Positions 51,226-60,855 of a stretch of DNA of 64,000 nt are shown piece by piece. The translations under genes and the position numbers were made by a program. The stretch spans positions 1,152,001 to 1,216,000 of the forward strand of contig CBDFIJ010000004.1 of assembly GCA_965248055.1 (NCBI GenBank), in the 5' to 3' direction. The notes beneath the pieces were generated by a model. The model searched no databases and was not told the DNA's origin. It saw only the letters and a list, made by a program, of their open reading frames with translations. Within the stretch, counting starts at the first letter, position 1; the number at the start of each line of letters is the position of its first letter. Source of the DNA: Candidatus Multivoradales bacterium. Lineage in GTDB: Bacteria > Acidobacteriota > Thermoanaerobaculia > Multivoradales > JAHEKO01.

Positions 51226-53250
51226 TCACGGTAGGGCGTCTATGACCGCCTGAATCCTGCGCTCGTCGGCAGCGCGCGGCACACGATTGTCAACCATGCG
51301 GTCGTTTTCGACATCTGCTGCCCCCGGCGCTGGCGCGTGATCAAGGCGAAAGAACTGACTCCCGCTACTGACACGCGTTGACGTAAACCCCAAGCACGAA
51401 CTGCGAAGACCACCGAGCGCGTCAGCCTGGCAAGCAGTCTGTGCTGCTGAACTACCAGCAGCTTGGGGACCATACAGATTCGGGTTGGTGCCGGTCTGAA
51501 AGTAGCCGCCATCGCAACAATATTCGTCCGCCAATCCGAACGGGCTGTGCCCGGTCTCATGCCGCACGGTATTTGTCGCCCCTGGTTCAGTACTGAAAAT
51601 ACCTCCACTGGCACAGTCACGCAAATTATCTGTGTGCAGCAACACTCCACTGTCCGAAAACGTGTAGTCGGTACTCCAGTTCGAAGGCGCAGTATGGCAG
51701 GGCGACCCGGCGGTAAAGCCATGCGCATCGCCTCGGTCCTGCGCGATCCAGAAGTTGAACCGCCCCTGATTACGCAGAAACAACTCATCTGACAAGAATG
51801 CCGTCTGGACCACGTCATGCACGTCGTCCGTGAAAGCCGTCACATTGGCGCTGCTGTAGTTGTCACTGTCAGGGATGAAAACTAAGTCCATTGCTTCGGC
51901 GGTTGCGCGGTGCCGCAACACCGGCACTGCCCGGCCGCGTGCAGGCGGTCCAATGATCGAACTACGGCTACCGGTGGTGGCGGATACACCTCGTTCTTCT
52001 GCATTGCACTGGTAACTAAAAGTCCCGTTGCTCGAAGCGTGAAGACGGATTTCGCAAGTCGTCGCATCGGTGCAGCTCTGAACATTGCCAGTACCACCCG
52101 CCGGCTGACGTAGCTCAATACGGTCGGCAACGACCGGGCGCATATTCGCATCGAGGGCATCAGCGGTGAATGTCACCGTGTCACCAGCTTGCGGCCAAAT
52201 CGGCGAATGCAGGCAACGCACGTAGAGGCGCGGACGATTATGGATCCGAATGCGCACCTGCATACGAGCCCTATCACTTTGATTGCCACTCACATCAATG
52301 CGTGAGCCTACATCGAGGATGTCGCCACACCTCCCAGTTGCCTCTCCAGTGATGTTGCAGGTGCTCGGATTCAGATCAAGTTGCAGTACCCGCCCAGCTC
52401 CTGGTTGCACGTCGACTGTGTCGTCGGGATTAAGAAAGCCGTCAGAATCCATGATTCGAATGTCGATCGGAATTGTTCTGCGACTCAGGTTCACCCAACG
52501 AGTAAAACGCCAGTAAGCAGCGACATCATCTTGGTTGCCAAACTGTGTGCTTTCGCCGCGCGACTCGTTGGATTGCTCGGTACCGTCGATACCGATTCGT
52601 CCATAAAAGTCAGCTGACGATCCACACCACCAAAAGGTGTCATCGACGCACTCGAGCGTGGTCAGCCGTTCGACCACGACCTCGACTTCACCGAGTCGTG
52701 CTGGGGTGACGTCAATTCGAAACCGTATTCTCGCTCGGTCGTCGCTCGTACCGCTCGACGTCAAAGTCGCTCCACACGCACCAGAGGCCCCGCCGCTTAT
52801 CGTGCAGCCGCCCAAATTCACACTCAGGTCCAGGTTCCTTCCACTACCGGAAGTGATGTCAACGTGGTCATCCCCGAACCGCAGCCCTCCGTCGGAATCC
52901 CATATTTCAATGCGGACGTTGATGTTGCTGGAAGACACCGCGCGTCGGAATGTCCAGTTCGGTGAAATATCCGCGCTATCGTCAATCGAACCACTCGAAA
53001 AAGACACACCGTCGATAACAACCTTCGAGTAGAAGTCCCCGGCCGAACCACACCACCACAGAGTTTCGTCAACACACTCGAGCTCTTCGACACGTTGAAT
53101 GGTCACTGTGACTTCGTCGTCGGCTGCCGCCATGGACGGAAAAGCTAACCCCCACAGGACAAGTGCCGTCCAAGCACGGTACCAAAGAACTCTTCTCAAG
53201 GCGCAAGACGGAAGTGGTTCTTTGCTCACTGCTTCATCCCTCAAAATCAA
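51226..53250 (-). CDS. Secreted protein with two tandem C2-like repeats and an M64-like zinc peptidase domain
   Basis: Signal peptide; repeat LECVD.T.WWCGS..DFY....IDG...I.DSDG...DD.VD twice; HETGHSPFGLADEY; start uncertain. Confidence 0.7.
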   Translation of the reverse strand: MILRDEAVSKEPLPSCALRRVLWYRAWTALVLWGLAFPSMAAADDEVTVTIQRVEELECVDETLWWCGSAGDFYSKVVIDGVSFSSGSIDDSADISPNWTFRRAVSSSNINVRIEIWDSDGGLRFGDDHVDITSGSGRNLDLSVNLGGCTISGGASGACGATLTSSGTSDDRARIRFRIDVTPARLGEVEVVVERLTTLECVDDTFWWCGSSADFYGRIGIDGTEQSNESRGESTQFGNQDDVAAYWRFTRWVNLSRRTIPIDIRIMDSDGFLNPDDTVDVQPGAGRVLQLDLNPSTCNITGEATGRCGDILDVGSRIDVSGNQSDRARMQVRIRIHNRPRLYVRCLHSPIWPQAGDTVTFTADALDANMRPVVADRIELRQPAGGTGNVQSCTDATTCEIRLHASSNGTFSYQCNAEERGVSATTGSRSSIIGPPARGRAVPVLRHRATAEAMDLVFIPDSDNYSSANVTAFTDDVHDVVQTAFLSDELFLRNQGRFNFWIAQDRGDAHGFTAGSPCHTAPSNWSTDYTFSDSGVLLHTDNLRDCASGGIFSTEPGATNTVRHETGHSPFGLADEYCCDGGYFQTGTNPNLYGPQAAGSSAAQTACQADALGGLRSSCLGFTSTRVSSGSQFFRLDHAPAPGAADVENDRMVDNRVPRAADERRIQAVIDALP

Positions 53251-53606
53251 CGCGGCTCACACTAACGGTGAACGAGCCACCGTGTTCCTGCACCGCCACT
53301 AGTTTGCTTATCCAATACCGGCGAGCCAGTAATCGTTCGGTCAAGACTGTCCGGTCAAATGACATCAATTGGTTCAGATCCGAAACCCAGCGGAAGGTTT
53401 AGTCGCACATCGTCAACGTCGACGATCTTCAGGAGGCCGAGATGCGACGAACGGTTCTACTGAGTGGCCCGCTTATGATCAAGGCTCAAACGTCAGACTA
53501 GCGGTGAGCCACCATGGTGACTGTGCTTTCAAACGAAATGAAGTGTCCGGTCAACACTTTCTAGGTCGCGCCTCGCGGAATGACCACGACATGCAGCAAT
53601 GGCCCG

Positions 53607-54722
53607 TCACGACACGATCTGGGGGTCCGCGAGCCGATAGCTGGTACTCCTACCACCGCCGGAGTTCTTCGCCAAGATTCCCCGCTCCAACAACTCTCTA
53701 ATATCGCGGAGCGCGGAGTCGGTCGAACACTTGGCGAGCTTGGCGTATTTCGACGTCGTGAGATGACCCTCGAAATCGTCGAGCATTCGGTTGATGATGC
53801 TTCGTTGGCGCTGGTTGACCGGGTTGCGATTGATCTGTTGCCAAAGTTTCGCTTTGTGGAGCACTGAGCCCAGCGCCTTTTCTGCGTTTTCAATCGCGCG
53901 ATCGAGGCACCGCAGAAACCAGGCGATCCAAGCCGTAATGTCGAGGCTGCCGCGCTGCGCCGATTCGAGCTGGAAATAGTATTCCTTGCGCTGTTCGGCG
54001 ATCGCGGACGACATACTGTAGAAGCGATCTTTTGTACCATCCGCTTGCGACAGCGCCATCTCGGCAATCGCCCGAGCGATACGTCCGTTGCCATCCTCAA
54101 AGGGATGGATAGTTACGAACCAAAAGTGTCCAACGGCAGCCTTGAGCACTGGATCGATGGTTGATCGCCCCGCAAACCACTCGAGAAAGTGTTTCATCTC
54201 ACTTTCAAGGCGCTCCGCATCCGGTGCTTGAAAATGCACCATCTCCTTGCCAACCGACCCGGAGACCACCTGCATCGGACCCGTTTCTCCGGTGCGCCAG
54301 GCACCAACCGCTACGCGATGCATACCGCTGTGTCCGGCTGGGAAAAGTGTCGCGTTCCAAGCGAACAAACGCTCCGCCGTAAGCGGTTTATCGAAATCAC
54401 GGGTCGCATCGATCGTCAGATCAACGACACCATCGACTTCCCGCCGGGACTCGACCAAACCTGCAACATTCAGCCCCAACTGGCGAGCGATCGACGAACG
54501 AACCTCATCGGAGTTCAGGTTCTCCCCCTCGATCGCCGAAGAAGTGACGACCTCTTCGGTAAGCGCAATCAGGATCGCTTCTTCCTGCAGATCAAATCCC
54601 AGAGCCTCCATCTTTCCCAGGTGCTTTCCTTGCCTATGACGCACCGCCGCCAAGGCTCCAGAGAGCGCTTCGCTATCCCATATCAGCTGCGGCCATTGAG
54701 GCCGTTGGTGGATGTAGGACAT
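53607..54722 (-). CDS. Fic family protein (DUF4172 N-terminus, C-terminal HTH)
   Basis: YIHQRPQWP start, HPFEDGNGRIAR, C-terminal ALRDI..L...GGRSTSY. Confidence 0.95.
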   Translation of the reverse strand: MSYIHQRPQWPQLIWDSEALSGALAAVRHRQGKHLGKMEALGFDLQEEAILIALTEEVVTSSAIEGENLNSDEVRSSIARQLGLNVAGLVESRREVDGVVDLTIDATRDFDKPLTAERLFAWNATLFPAGHSGMHRVAVGAWRTGETGPMQVVSGSVGKEMVHFQAPDAERLESEMKHFLEWFAGRSTIDPVLKAAVGHFWFVTIHPFEDGNGRIARAIAEMALSQADGTKDRFYSMSSAIAEQRKEYYFQLESAQRGSLDITAWIAWFLRCLDRAIENAEKALGSVLHKAKLWQQINRNPVNQRQRSIINRMLDDFEGHLTTSKYAKLAKCSTDSALRDIRELLERGILAKNSGGGRSTSYRLADPQIVS

Positions 54723-54819
54723 ATTCGCGGCACCTGGTGCGGTGATTTTATCTTCAGACGCCCATCTTGCGCGACATTCACCGCAACGAAAACAGTGAAT
54801 ACTCTACATCCTCACCGCA
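54723..54819. promoter_or_regulatory. Repeated palindromic operators ATTCACCGCA-N5-TGCGGTGAAT upstream of fic
   Basis: Imperfect copies at 54723-54747 and 54776-54800, half-site 54811-54819. Confidence 0.6.
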
Positions 54820-54906
54820 AAGTGGGCGCCGGGCCTCGCCTCGGAAGAGATGATAAACCCACCAAAAACCAACGTCAGTTGTATTCGCTTTCCAACCTTC
54901 CTTCCG

Positions 54907-56073
54907 TCACTTCGGTTTACCGTTGTGCTGATCGTCTTGTAACTCAGGCCGGGTTGCATTTTCATCTGAATCAGCGATGCCACCCGACACTCCACGTCTC
55001 AAGAAAAGTGCCTTCAGTTCCGGTACGAGAGTTGCTCCGACCCCATCCTGCATGCCCCGAAAATCGTCGTGGTAGTTGTCCTCGTCGGCTCTCGGCACCC
55101 TCAAGTCCACCCGATGACCGTCTCCTGCCGGTACTAGTGGGACTCGCTCCTCAGATCCGTCAGTTTCGACTCCACCATTGGCTATGACGTCGTACAGCGG
55201 TCGATTCAAGTCCATCTGTACCTTGCCTTCCCCCCATTGCAACCGAGTAGGTATATTTGTTAGCAGCGTCGGAAACAGCAATGAGGCCAGAGCCGACGGG
55301 CGAGGGAAAAAACTTGTTGCGCCAGCCCACAAGACTCCGCACACGTATCCCTCGGCATTTACTACCGGGCCACCGCTAAACCCGGGGCCAACGTCGCTGT
55401 CAAATGAGAAGCAAGGACCTTCCGCGAATCCCTTGGCGAATCGTTGAGTGAATATCTCCCGGACCTGCCCCTCCACAATGTTCAACCGCTGCTCATATCT
55501 CTCGCTCCATTCACCCGACTCCAGCTCTGCCAGCGTAAGACCGCCGGGTGGCGCCTTGATCCCCGGATATCCAACGCAGCTCACCATCGAGCCAACGCGA
55601 GGGGGATCGAAAGTGATCGGAAGATTGAGAATCGGTAGCGGTTCTTGTCCTATGTGCCAAACTGGCGAGCAAAAAGCAATGTCCGTCGGGGAAGCACCGG
55701 TGCTCCGATCAAAAGGCCACAGAGCGGCTCGTCGTCGCCGAGGCACCGCGTCATAGGTGTGCAACACGGCTAGCCCAGCAACCCTCAGATTCAAGTTATC
55801 TATTGGATGCACACCACCCCGATGCCTTTCTCCGCCCGGCTCCTTCTTAAGAACTTCATCGAGATTATGCGTTGCCGTCACGATATGGCCGTATCGAGTC
55901 ACGAAAAACGCTGTACCAATGGGTTCAAACCGATCCGATCTGGTTGCGAAAAGCGGTAGGACGCCCGCGTTGATCGGGTGACCCCACGGTGGTAGTTCCA
56001 GACAACCCTGATCGTTACGGCGCGCGCTTGACAGCACATTCACCAATATCTCCGCGCGCATCAGTTCGCCCAT
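54907..56073 (-). CDS. Trypsin-like serine protease, no signal peptide
   Basis: IGTAFFV, TATHN (His), DIA (Asp), GFSGGPV (Ser). Confidence 0.8.
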   Translation of the reverse strand: MGELMRAEILVNVLSSARRNDQGCLELPPWGHPINAGVLPLFATRSDRFEPIGTAFFVTRYGHIVTATHNLDEVLKKEPGGERHRGGVHPIDNLNLRVAGLAVLHTYDAVPRRRRAALWPFDRSTGASPTDIAFCSPVWHIGQEPLPILNLPITFDPPRVGSMVSCVGYPGIKAPPGGLTLAELESGEWSERYEQRLNIVEGQVREIFTQRFAKGFAEGPCFSFDSDVGPGFSGGPVVNAEGYVCGVLWAGATSFFPRPSALASLLFPTLLTNIPTRLQWGEGKVQMDLNRPLYDVIANGGVETDGSEERVPLVPAGDGHRVDLRVPRADEDNYHDDFRGMQDGVGATLVPELKALFLRRGVSGGIADSDENATRPELQDDQHNGKPK

Positions 56074-56150
56074 GTCCTCAAGAACGACATGTTCAAGGCC
56101 TTCACAGCACTCGCTACTCGCGGCATCTGTCAGCTACGCTACCGGACACA

Positions 56151-56857
56151 ATGACTCAGTGCGAGCTATCTTGCACCTATTGTGGTGCTCCGAACCCGGC
56201 AGGGAGAGACCATATCCCCCCAAAGAATCTATTCAGCAAGCCACGACCTTCCAATTTGATAACTGTGCCCTGTTGCCGAACATGCAACCAACAAGCCTCG
56301 AAGGACGACGAATACTTCCGGCTCGCCGTTGTGCCCCGCGAAGATGTCTATGATCACCCCGGCGCCTCGAAGGTCTGGCAAGCTGCTATGAGGTCGCTGC
56401 AGAAACCAACAAAGCAGGTTTCTCCAAAGCTTTCATGCAAACCGTGAAAGAGGTGAATCTATATTCACCAACTGGTATCTATTGCGGCCAAGGTAGCACA
56501 TACGAAGTTGATATCCTTCGTCTTGATGCAGTAGTTCGACGAACAGTCAAAGGGCTTTTCTACCATCACCAGCAATATCGACTCCCGGACAGCTATGAGA
56601 CCGACTGCTGGCTACTCGAACAAGTCGATCCTAACGCTACGGATGTGATGGCTAATGTCGAATCCATCGTCGGAGCCTTGGTGAATAACACGCCAATCGT
56701 AATTGGCAACAATACCTTCGCCTACACATACTGTCTTATTAACGAACTGTCACACTCAAGCGCTTGGATACTGAACTTCTACGGACGGGTTGCGTGGCTC
56801 GGGATAACTACACCAATCGACCGTTACTCCGATCTACCCGACAGAAAGGGCAGGTGA
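56151..56857 (+). pseudogene. HNH endonuclease-domain protein, frameshifted near 56410
   Basis: CTYCG...DHIPPKNLF...VPCCRTCN...DDEYFR; continues in a second frame KAGFSKAFMQTVK... Confidence 0.75.
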
Positions 56858-57801
56858 TCCAAGTCGAGATTCCCGCCGGAGAGGATGACCCCGACTCGTT
56901 GGAGGTCCTTCGGCAGAAGCCCTTCCAACACCGCCGCGACCGCGACCGCGGCGGAGGGCTCGATCAGTTGTTTGGTACGTTCCCAGATGACCCGCATCGC
57001 GGCGACAATTTGTTCTTCAGTGACGGTGAAGATTTGCACTTTCTCGCGCTGGAGAATTTCAAAGTTGATTTCGCCCAGGCCGCTGCGCAGGCCATCGGCG
57101 ATGGTGTTGGGGTTGTCTTCGGGCAGGAGCTGGCCTGAAGCCAAAGATCTGGCCGCGTCGTCTGCACCCAGAGGTTCGGCGCCGAAGACCTGACAGTTGG
57201 GCAGCAAACCACGAGCAGCGATGGTGGTTCCAGAGATCAGCCCCCCGCCGCCGACCGGGGCGACGATGGCGTCCAACTCGCCTACCTGTAGCTCAGCAAC
57301 CTGCTCGATCAATTCCAGTGCAGCCGTGCCTTGACCGGCGACGATGTCGGGATGGTCATAAGGGGGTATGAAGACACCCCCAGTCTCGGCGAGCACTTGC
57401 TCAGATACCGCACGGCGGGAAGCCTCATTGGGTTCACAAAGAACGATTCGTCCACCGTAGCCCTCGACCGCTTTGAGTTTGACCGCGGATGAGCTCGCCG
57501 GCATCACCAGGTGAGCTTGGGCACCGATAGAAGCGGCTGCGATCGCCACCGCTTGGGCGTGGTTGCCGGAACTGTGGGCAACGATGTGTTGGGGCCAAGG
57601 CTTGGGCAGCCGCGCGACAAAATGGCTGGCGCCGCGAATTTTAAAAGCGCCACCCCGTTGCAGGTGCTCGGCTTTGAGAAACAACCGACAACCGCACATC
57701 TCATCGAGTGATCGGCTGGTGAGTACCGGTGTGCGGTGGACCACACCAGCAATCAGCTCGGCTGCCTCTTGAACCATTGGGAAATCTACAGTTGTGGTCA
57801 T
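56824..57801 (-). CDS. PLP-dependent threonine/serine dehydratase or serine racemase
   Basis: KAEHLQRGGAFKIRGA, SSGNHAQA, PVGGGGL, IEPS, SGGN. Confidence 0.93.
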   Translation of the reverse strand: MTTTVDFPMVQEAAELIAGVVHRTPVLTSRSLDEMCGCRLFLKAEHLQRGGAFKIRGASHFVARLPKPWPQHIVAHSSGNHAQAVAIAAASIGAQAHLVMPASSSAVKLKAVEGYGGRIVLCEPNEASRRAVSEQVLAETGGVFIPPYDHPDIVAGQGTAALELIEQVAELQVGELDAIVAPVGGGGLISGTTIAARGLLPNCQVFGAEPLGADDAARSLASGQLLPEDNPNTIADGLRSGLGEINFEILQREKVQIFTVTEEQIVAAMRVIWERTKQLIEPSAAVAVAAVLEGLLPKDLQRVGVILSGGNLDLDHLPFLSGRSE

Positions 57802-57857
57802 CGCCTGATCCTTTGCCTACTCTGAACATGATGGAATGGTGCCTGCATGGCTTTGCA

Positions 57858-60386
57858 ATGATGCACCAATCGATTCACATCCCGAAGTATCTTCTTGTTT
57901 TGGCTTTGGCCGTCGCTTGCGGTAGTCCACAAACATCGACTCGGAATGATCCGCCATCTGCTGACACCGGGCCCACCGACGCTCTGACGGATCTTCAAGG
58001 GCAAGACACTCGAGGGTCGGCCAATCAGAGTCCTGCCGCCCAAGGCCGACCGCCGGTAGCAACCGCCGCGACCCTGGAATCCCTAGGAGAAGGGTTCATC
58101 ACTTGGGAGTCGAACCGCTCCGGCAACTGGCGACTCTGGACACAAACGCTTGCGGCCAAGAGTCCGGTACAACTCTCGCCCGACGAAAAGGCGAAAGTTC
58201 ACTGTTGTGGCCATATTTCCCCGGACGGAAGTCAGGTCGCTTACCTGAGCCTCTCGGCTCCCAAGCACAAGTATCCAGACGGCGACACTAGCGGCGAACT
58301 TCGCCTGATCCATCCAGATGGAACCAACCAGCGGGTGATCGGCCCGGCCCGGATCTATGGCGAAAACCGAGCCGCGGTGTGGCGCAACGACCATCAATTG
58401 ATCTACATCGACGATCGCGGTCGCACCCAGCAGTTGAACCTCGATACTGGCGAAAAAAAGCAACTACTGGAGCACGCCGCCGAAGCCCATGGTTGGCTGG
58501 TCAACGCGACTCTTACCGCGGCAACTGCCGGAAGCCCGACCTTCTCCAATCTTCAGGGCAACGTGATTCAGCGCTCCGAGGAGCTGCCAGGATGTCAGCC
58601 CTATTTCTCCCACGACGGTGCCTGGGGGTTTTGGACCGGTGGTGCCGGCGGACCGATTTATGGTCTACGCTTGGACGGCCGCAGCCGCAAGCCGATCCTA
58701 CTCAAGGACGACCCGCGCTTACCGAAAGAGTGGCGCTATCTCTACTTTCCGATGATCTCGCGAGACGGCGCGTTTTTGACTTGGGGTGCTTCACGAGGTC
58801 GCCACGACCACTACAAGGCGGATTACGAGGTCTTCGTGGCGGAAATCGACCCGACCTCCTTGGACGTCATCGGCGATCCGATACGGGTCACCAACAACCC
58901 GGCCACCGATCGCTACGCCGATATCTTTGTCGCTACACGAGAGTTGGGGACCTTCCGCGGTGAAGCACCGCTGATTGTGGACTGGAAAGCTCCGGAATCT
59001 GGCGCGTGGTCGTGGAGTTCGAGCGACGGGATCATGGCTGCGGATACTTCCGCGTGGCAGCATACGTATGAAGAACCCGGCACCTACACTGTCACCGCAA
59101 AACTCGGCCAACGAGAGCCACTGCAGGGGCGCGTGGTCGTCCGGCCAGCAGCTCCTCCTGCGCTACTGGCAACCTCCATTCTTGGCAACCAACAGGTGCG
59201 CTTGGAGTTCGATGAGCCAGTGAGCACCGACTCATTCGGCATCGAAGGAGGGGCAGCGGTTGAATCCATCGAGGGACGAACGGTAGTCGTAAGTCTCAGT
59301 TCTCCGCTGGATGGATTCTTGGAACTGCGCCTCGCCGGAGTACGCGACCTCTTGGGCAATGAAAGCGGACCGATCGTCGTAGGACTCGACCCCACACTGT
59401 GGCCAGTTGAATACGAATCGACGGTAGCCATGTGGTCCGGGGTCGATGGCTTCAACGTTTTCCGTGACCCTGGGGTCGGCAATGACGAGGCGCTGGTGGT
59501 GACCCGCAAGGGTCTCGCAGTACCGGCAGCCAGCGGTGGCGTGCACCTCGACGGAGGTTGGCTGGAGGTCGACACCGAGCAATCGCATCGGCTAACGGAA
59601 ATCTTGCAGGGCACCCACGAGTTCACTTTCGAACTATTGGTAAATCTTCCCCAAGATGCCTCTGGAGAGCTAGTCACCTGGGGACTTCCGGTTCCCGGCA
59701 ACGCAGACCTCGGCTTGACTCTCGCAAACGGCACCTTGACCAGCTACCTGCGAGGAACTCCCAAGAGTCGACCAGGGATTTCGCCGCAACAGAGCGGACG
59801 CCTAGGCGAGGGGCTGCATCATCTCGCCGCAGTGTTTACCCTCGGTGAATTGACGATCTATTTGGACGGCAACGAGCTTTCCAGCCATGACAACTTCGCT
59901 GACGACCTATTTCACTGGCAAACCCGAGTACTGCGTATCGGCGGTCGCGACAACGCTCCCAATGCTGATCTCGCTGGTGAGCTCAACGGTTTCGCAATAC
60001 ACCGTCGGGCGCTGACTGCGGAAACGGTCGCCGACGTCGCGCGCCGCGCTCTACATGGGATCGCCACACCTGTCTCTCAATGGGATGTGGTCGGCGAACG
60101 CATCGGCAGCACAGCTGTCCCAACACTCGATGAAATCTCTCCCTACCGGGAGGCTCTGGTTACTCGACACTATCGATTGGAGAATCCGCCAACCGGGTTG
60201 TCGAGTGAAGTAGTTGTTGTTGAGTGGGGCATCCTCGACGGCGTCACCCTGCCTGATCCGCAGCGCAATCGCCAACTTGAACTTGAGCGGTTCTCAGACC
60301 AAGCCGCTCTGCAGGGCCTGTTCCTCGCCAATGACTTTAAGGGGGAGGAGTTGTACTACACATCACCTTCCCTGCCATCGCGCTAG
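57858..60386 (+). CDS. Lipoprotein with TolB-like propeller, PKD/Ig-like and LamG-like domains
   Basis: LALAVAC lipobox, WESNRSG, SPDG, HTYEEPGTYTV, HHLAAVF....IYLDG. Confidence 0.75.
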   Translation: MMHQSIHIPKYLLVLALAVACGSPQTSTRNDPPSADTGPTDALTDLQGQDTRGSANQSPAAQGRPPVATAATLESLGEGFITWESNRSGNWRLWTQTLAAKSPVQLSPDEKAKVHCCGHISPDGSQVAYLSLSAPKHKYPDGDTSGELRLIHPDGTNQRVIGPARIYGENRAAVWRNDHQLIYIDDRGRTQQLNLDTGEKKQLLEHAAEAHGWLVNATLTAATAGSPTFSNLQGNVIQRSEELPGCQPYFSHDGAWGFWTGGAGGPIYGLRLDGRSRKPILLKDDPRLPKEWRYLYFPMISRDGAFLTWGASRGRHDHYKADYEVFVAEIDPTSLDVIGDPIRVTNNPATDRYADIFVATRELGTFRGEAPLIVDWKAPESGAWSWSSSDGIMAADTSAWQHTYEEPGTYTVTAKLGQREPLQGRVVVRPAAPPALLATSILGNQQVRLEFDEPVSTDSFGIEGGAAVESIEGRTVVVSLSSPLDGFLELRLAGVRDLLGNESGPIVVGLDPTLWPVEYESTVAMWSGVDGFNVFRDPGVGNDEALVVTRKGLAVPAASGGVHLDGGWLEVDTEQSHRLTEILQGTHEFTFELLVNLPQDASGELVTWGLPVPGNADLGLTLANGTLTSYLRGTPKSRPGISPQQSGRLGEGLHHLAAVFTLGELTIYLDGNELSSHDNFADDLFHWQTRVLRIGGRDNAPNADLAGELNGFAIHRRALTAETVADVARRALHGIATPVSQWDVVGERIGSTAVPTLDEISPYREALVTRHYRLENPPTGLSSEVVVVEWGILDGVTLPDPQRNRQLELERFSDQAALQGLFLANDFKGEELYYTSPSLPSR

Positions 60387-60413
60387 CGCGGAGATCCTTG
60401 CCCTGCGTCCAGA

Positions 60414-60753
60414 AGATCCCCGACCACCAAAACCCCCACCCTACGGGGATGACGGAGTTGGGGCAGTGATCCCACCCGCGGGAATGACGAAGTTGGGGTG
60501 ACCTGCCGCATCGTCATCCCGGAACGGCTCTCTCCTCCGTCATCCAGGCACGACTCTCTCCTCTTGTCATCCCGACGGAGACTTCTCCCCTTCCGTCATC
60601 CCGGCGGGGGTTTGGGGGCTTGGGGGGCCGGGATCTGATCGTCACACTCCTGTCGCGCTGACCTCCCTTCGCTTGAGAGATCCCCGACGACCAAACCTCC
60701 ACCCTATGGGGATGACGGAATTGGGGCACTGACCCCACCCGCGGGAATGACGA
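60414..60753. repeat. REP-like cluster C
   Basis: About 77-bp direct repeat (60414-60490, 60678-60753) enclosing four GTCATCC units at 60513, 60539, 60566 and 60595. Confidence 0.85.
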
Positions 60754-60855
60754 GGTTAGATTAACTAACCTGCGAAGATGACGTTGGTAGGCACCGGCCA
60801 GAGCGATGTTGTTTTCACGCTCATCTATCATTCAGGCTAATCTCAAGAATCCAAG

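Noticed and set aside
54189-55187. 332-aa plus-strand ORF and many other long antisense ORFs
   Set aside because: Shadow frames of well-supported genes in high-GC DNA, with no recognisable motifs
60513-60636. Short periodic repeats resembling a CRISPR array
   Set aside because: The conserved unit is only about 7-9 nt, linkers resemble each other, no cas genes are present, and the motif belongs to the REP family
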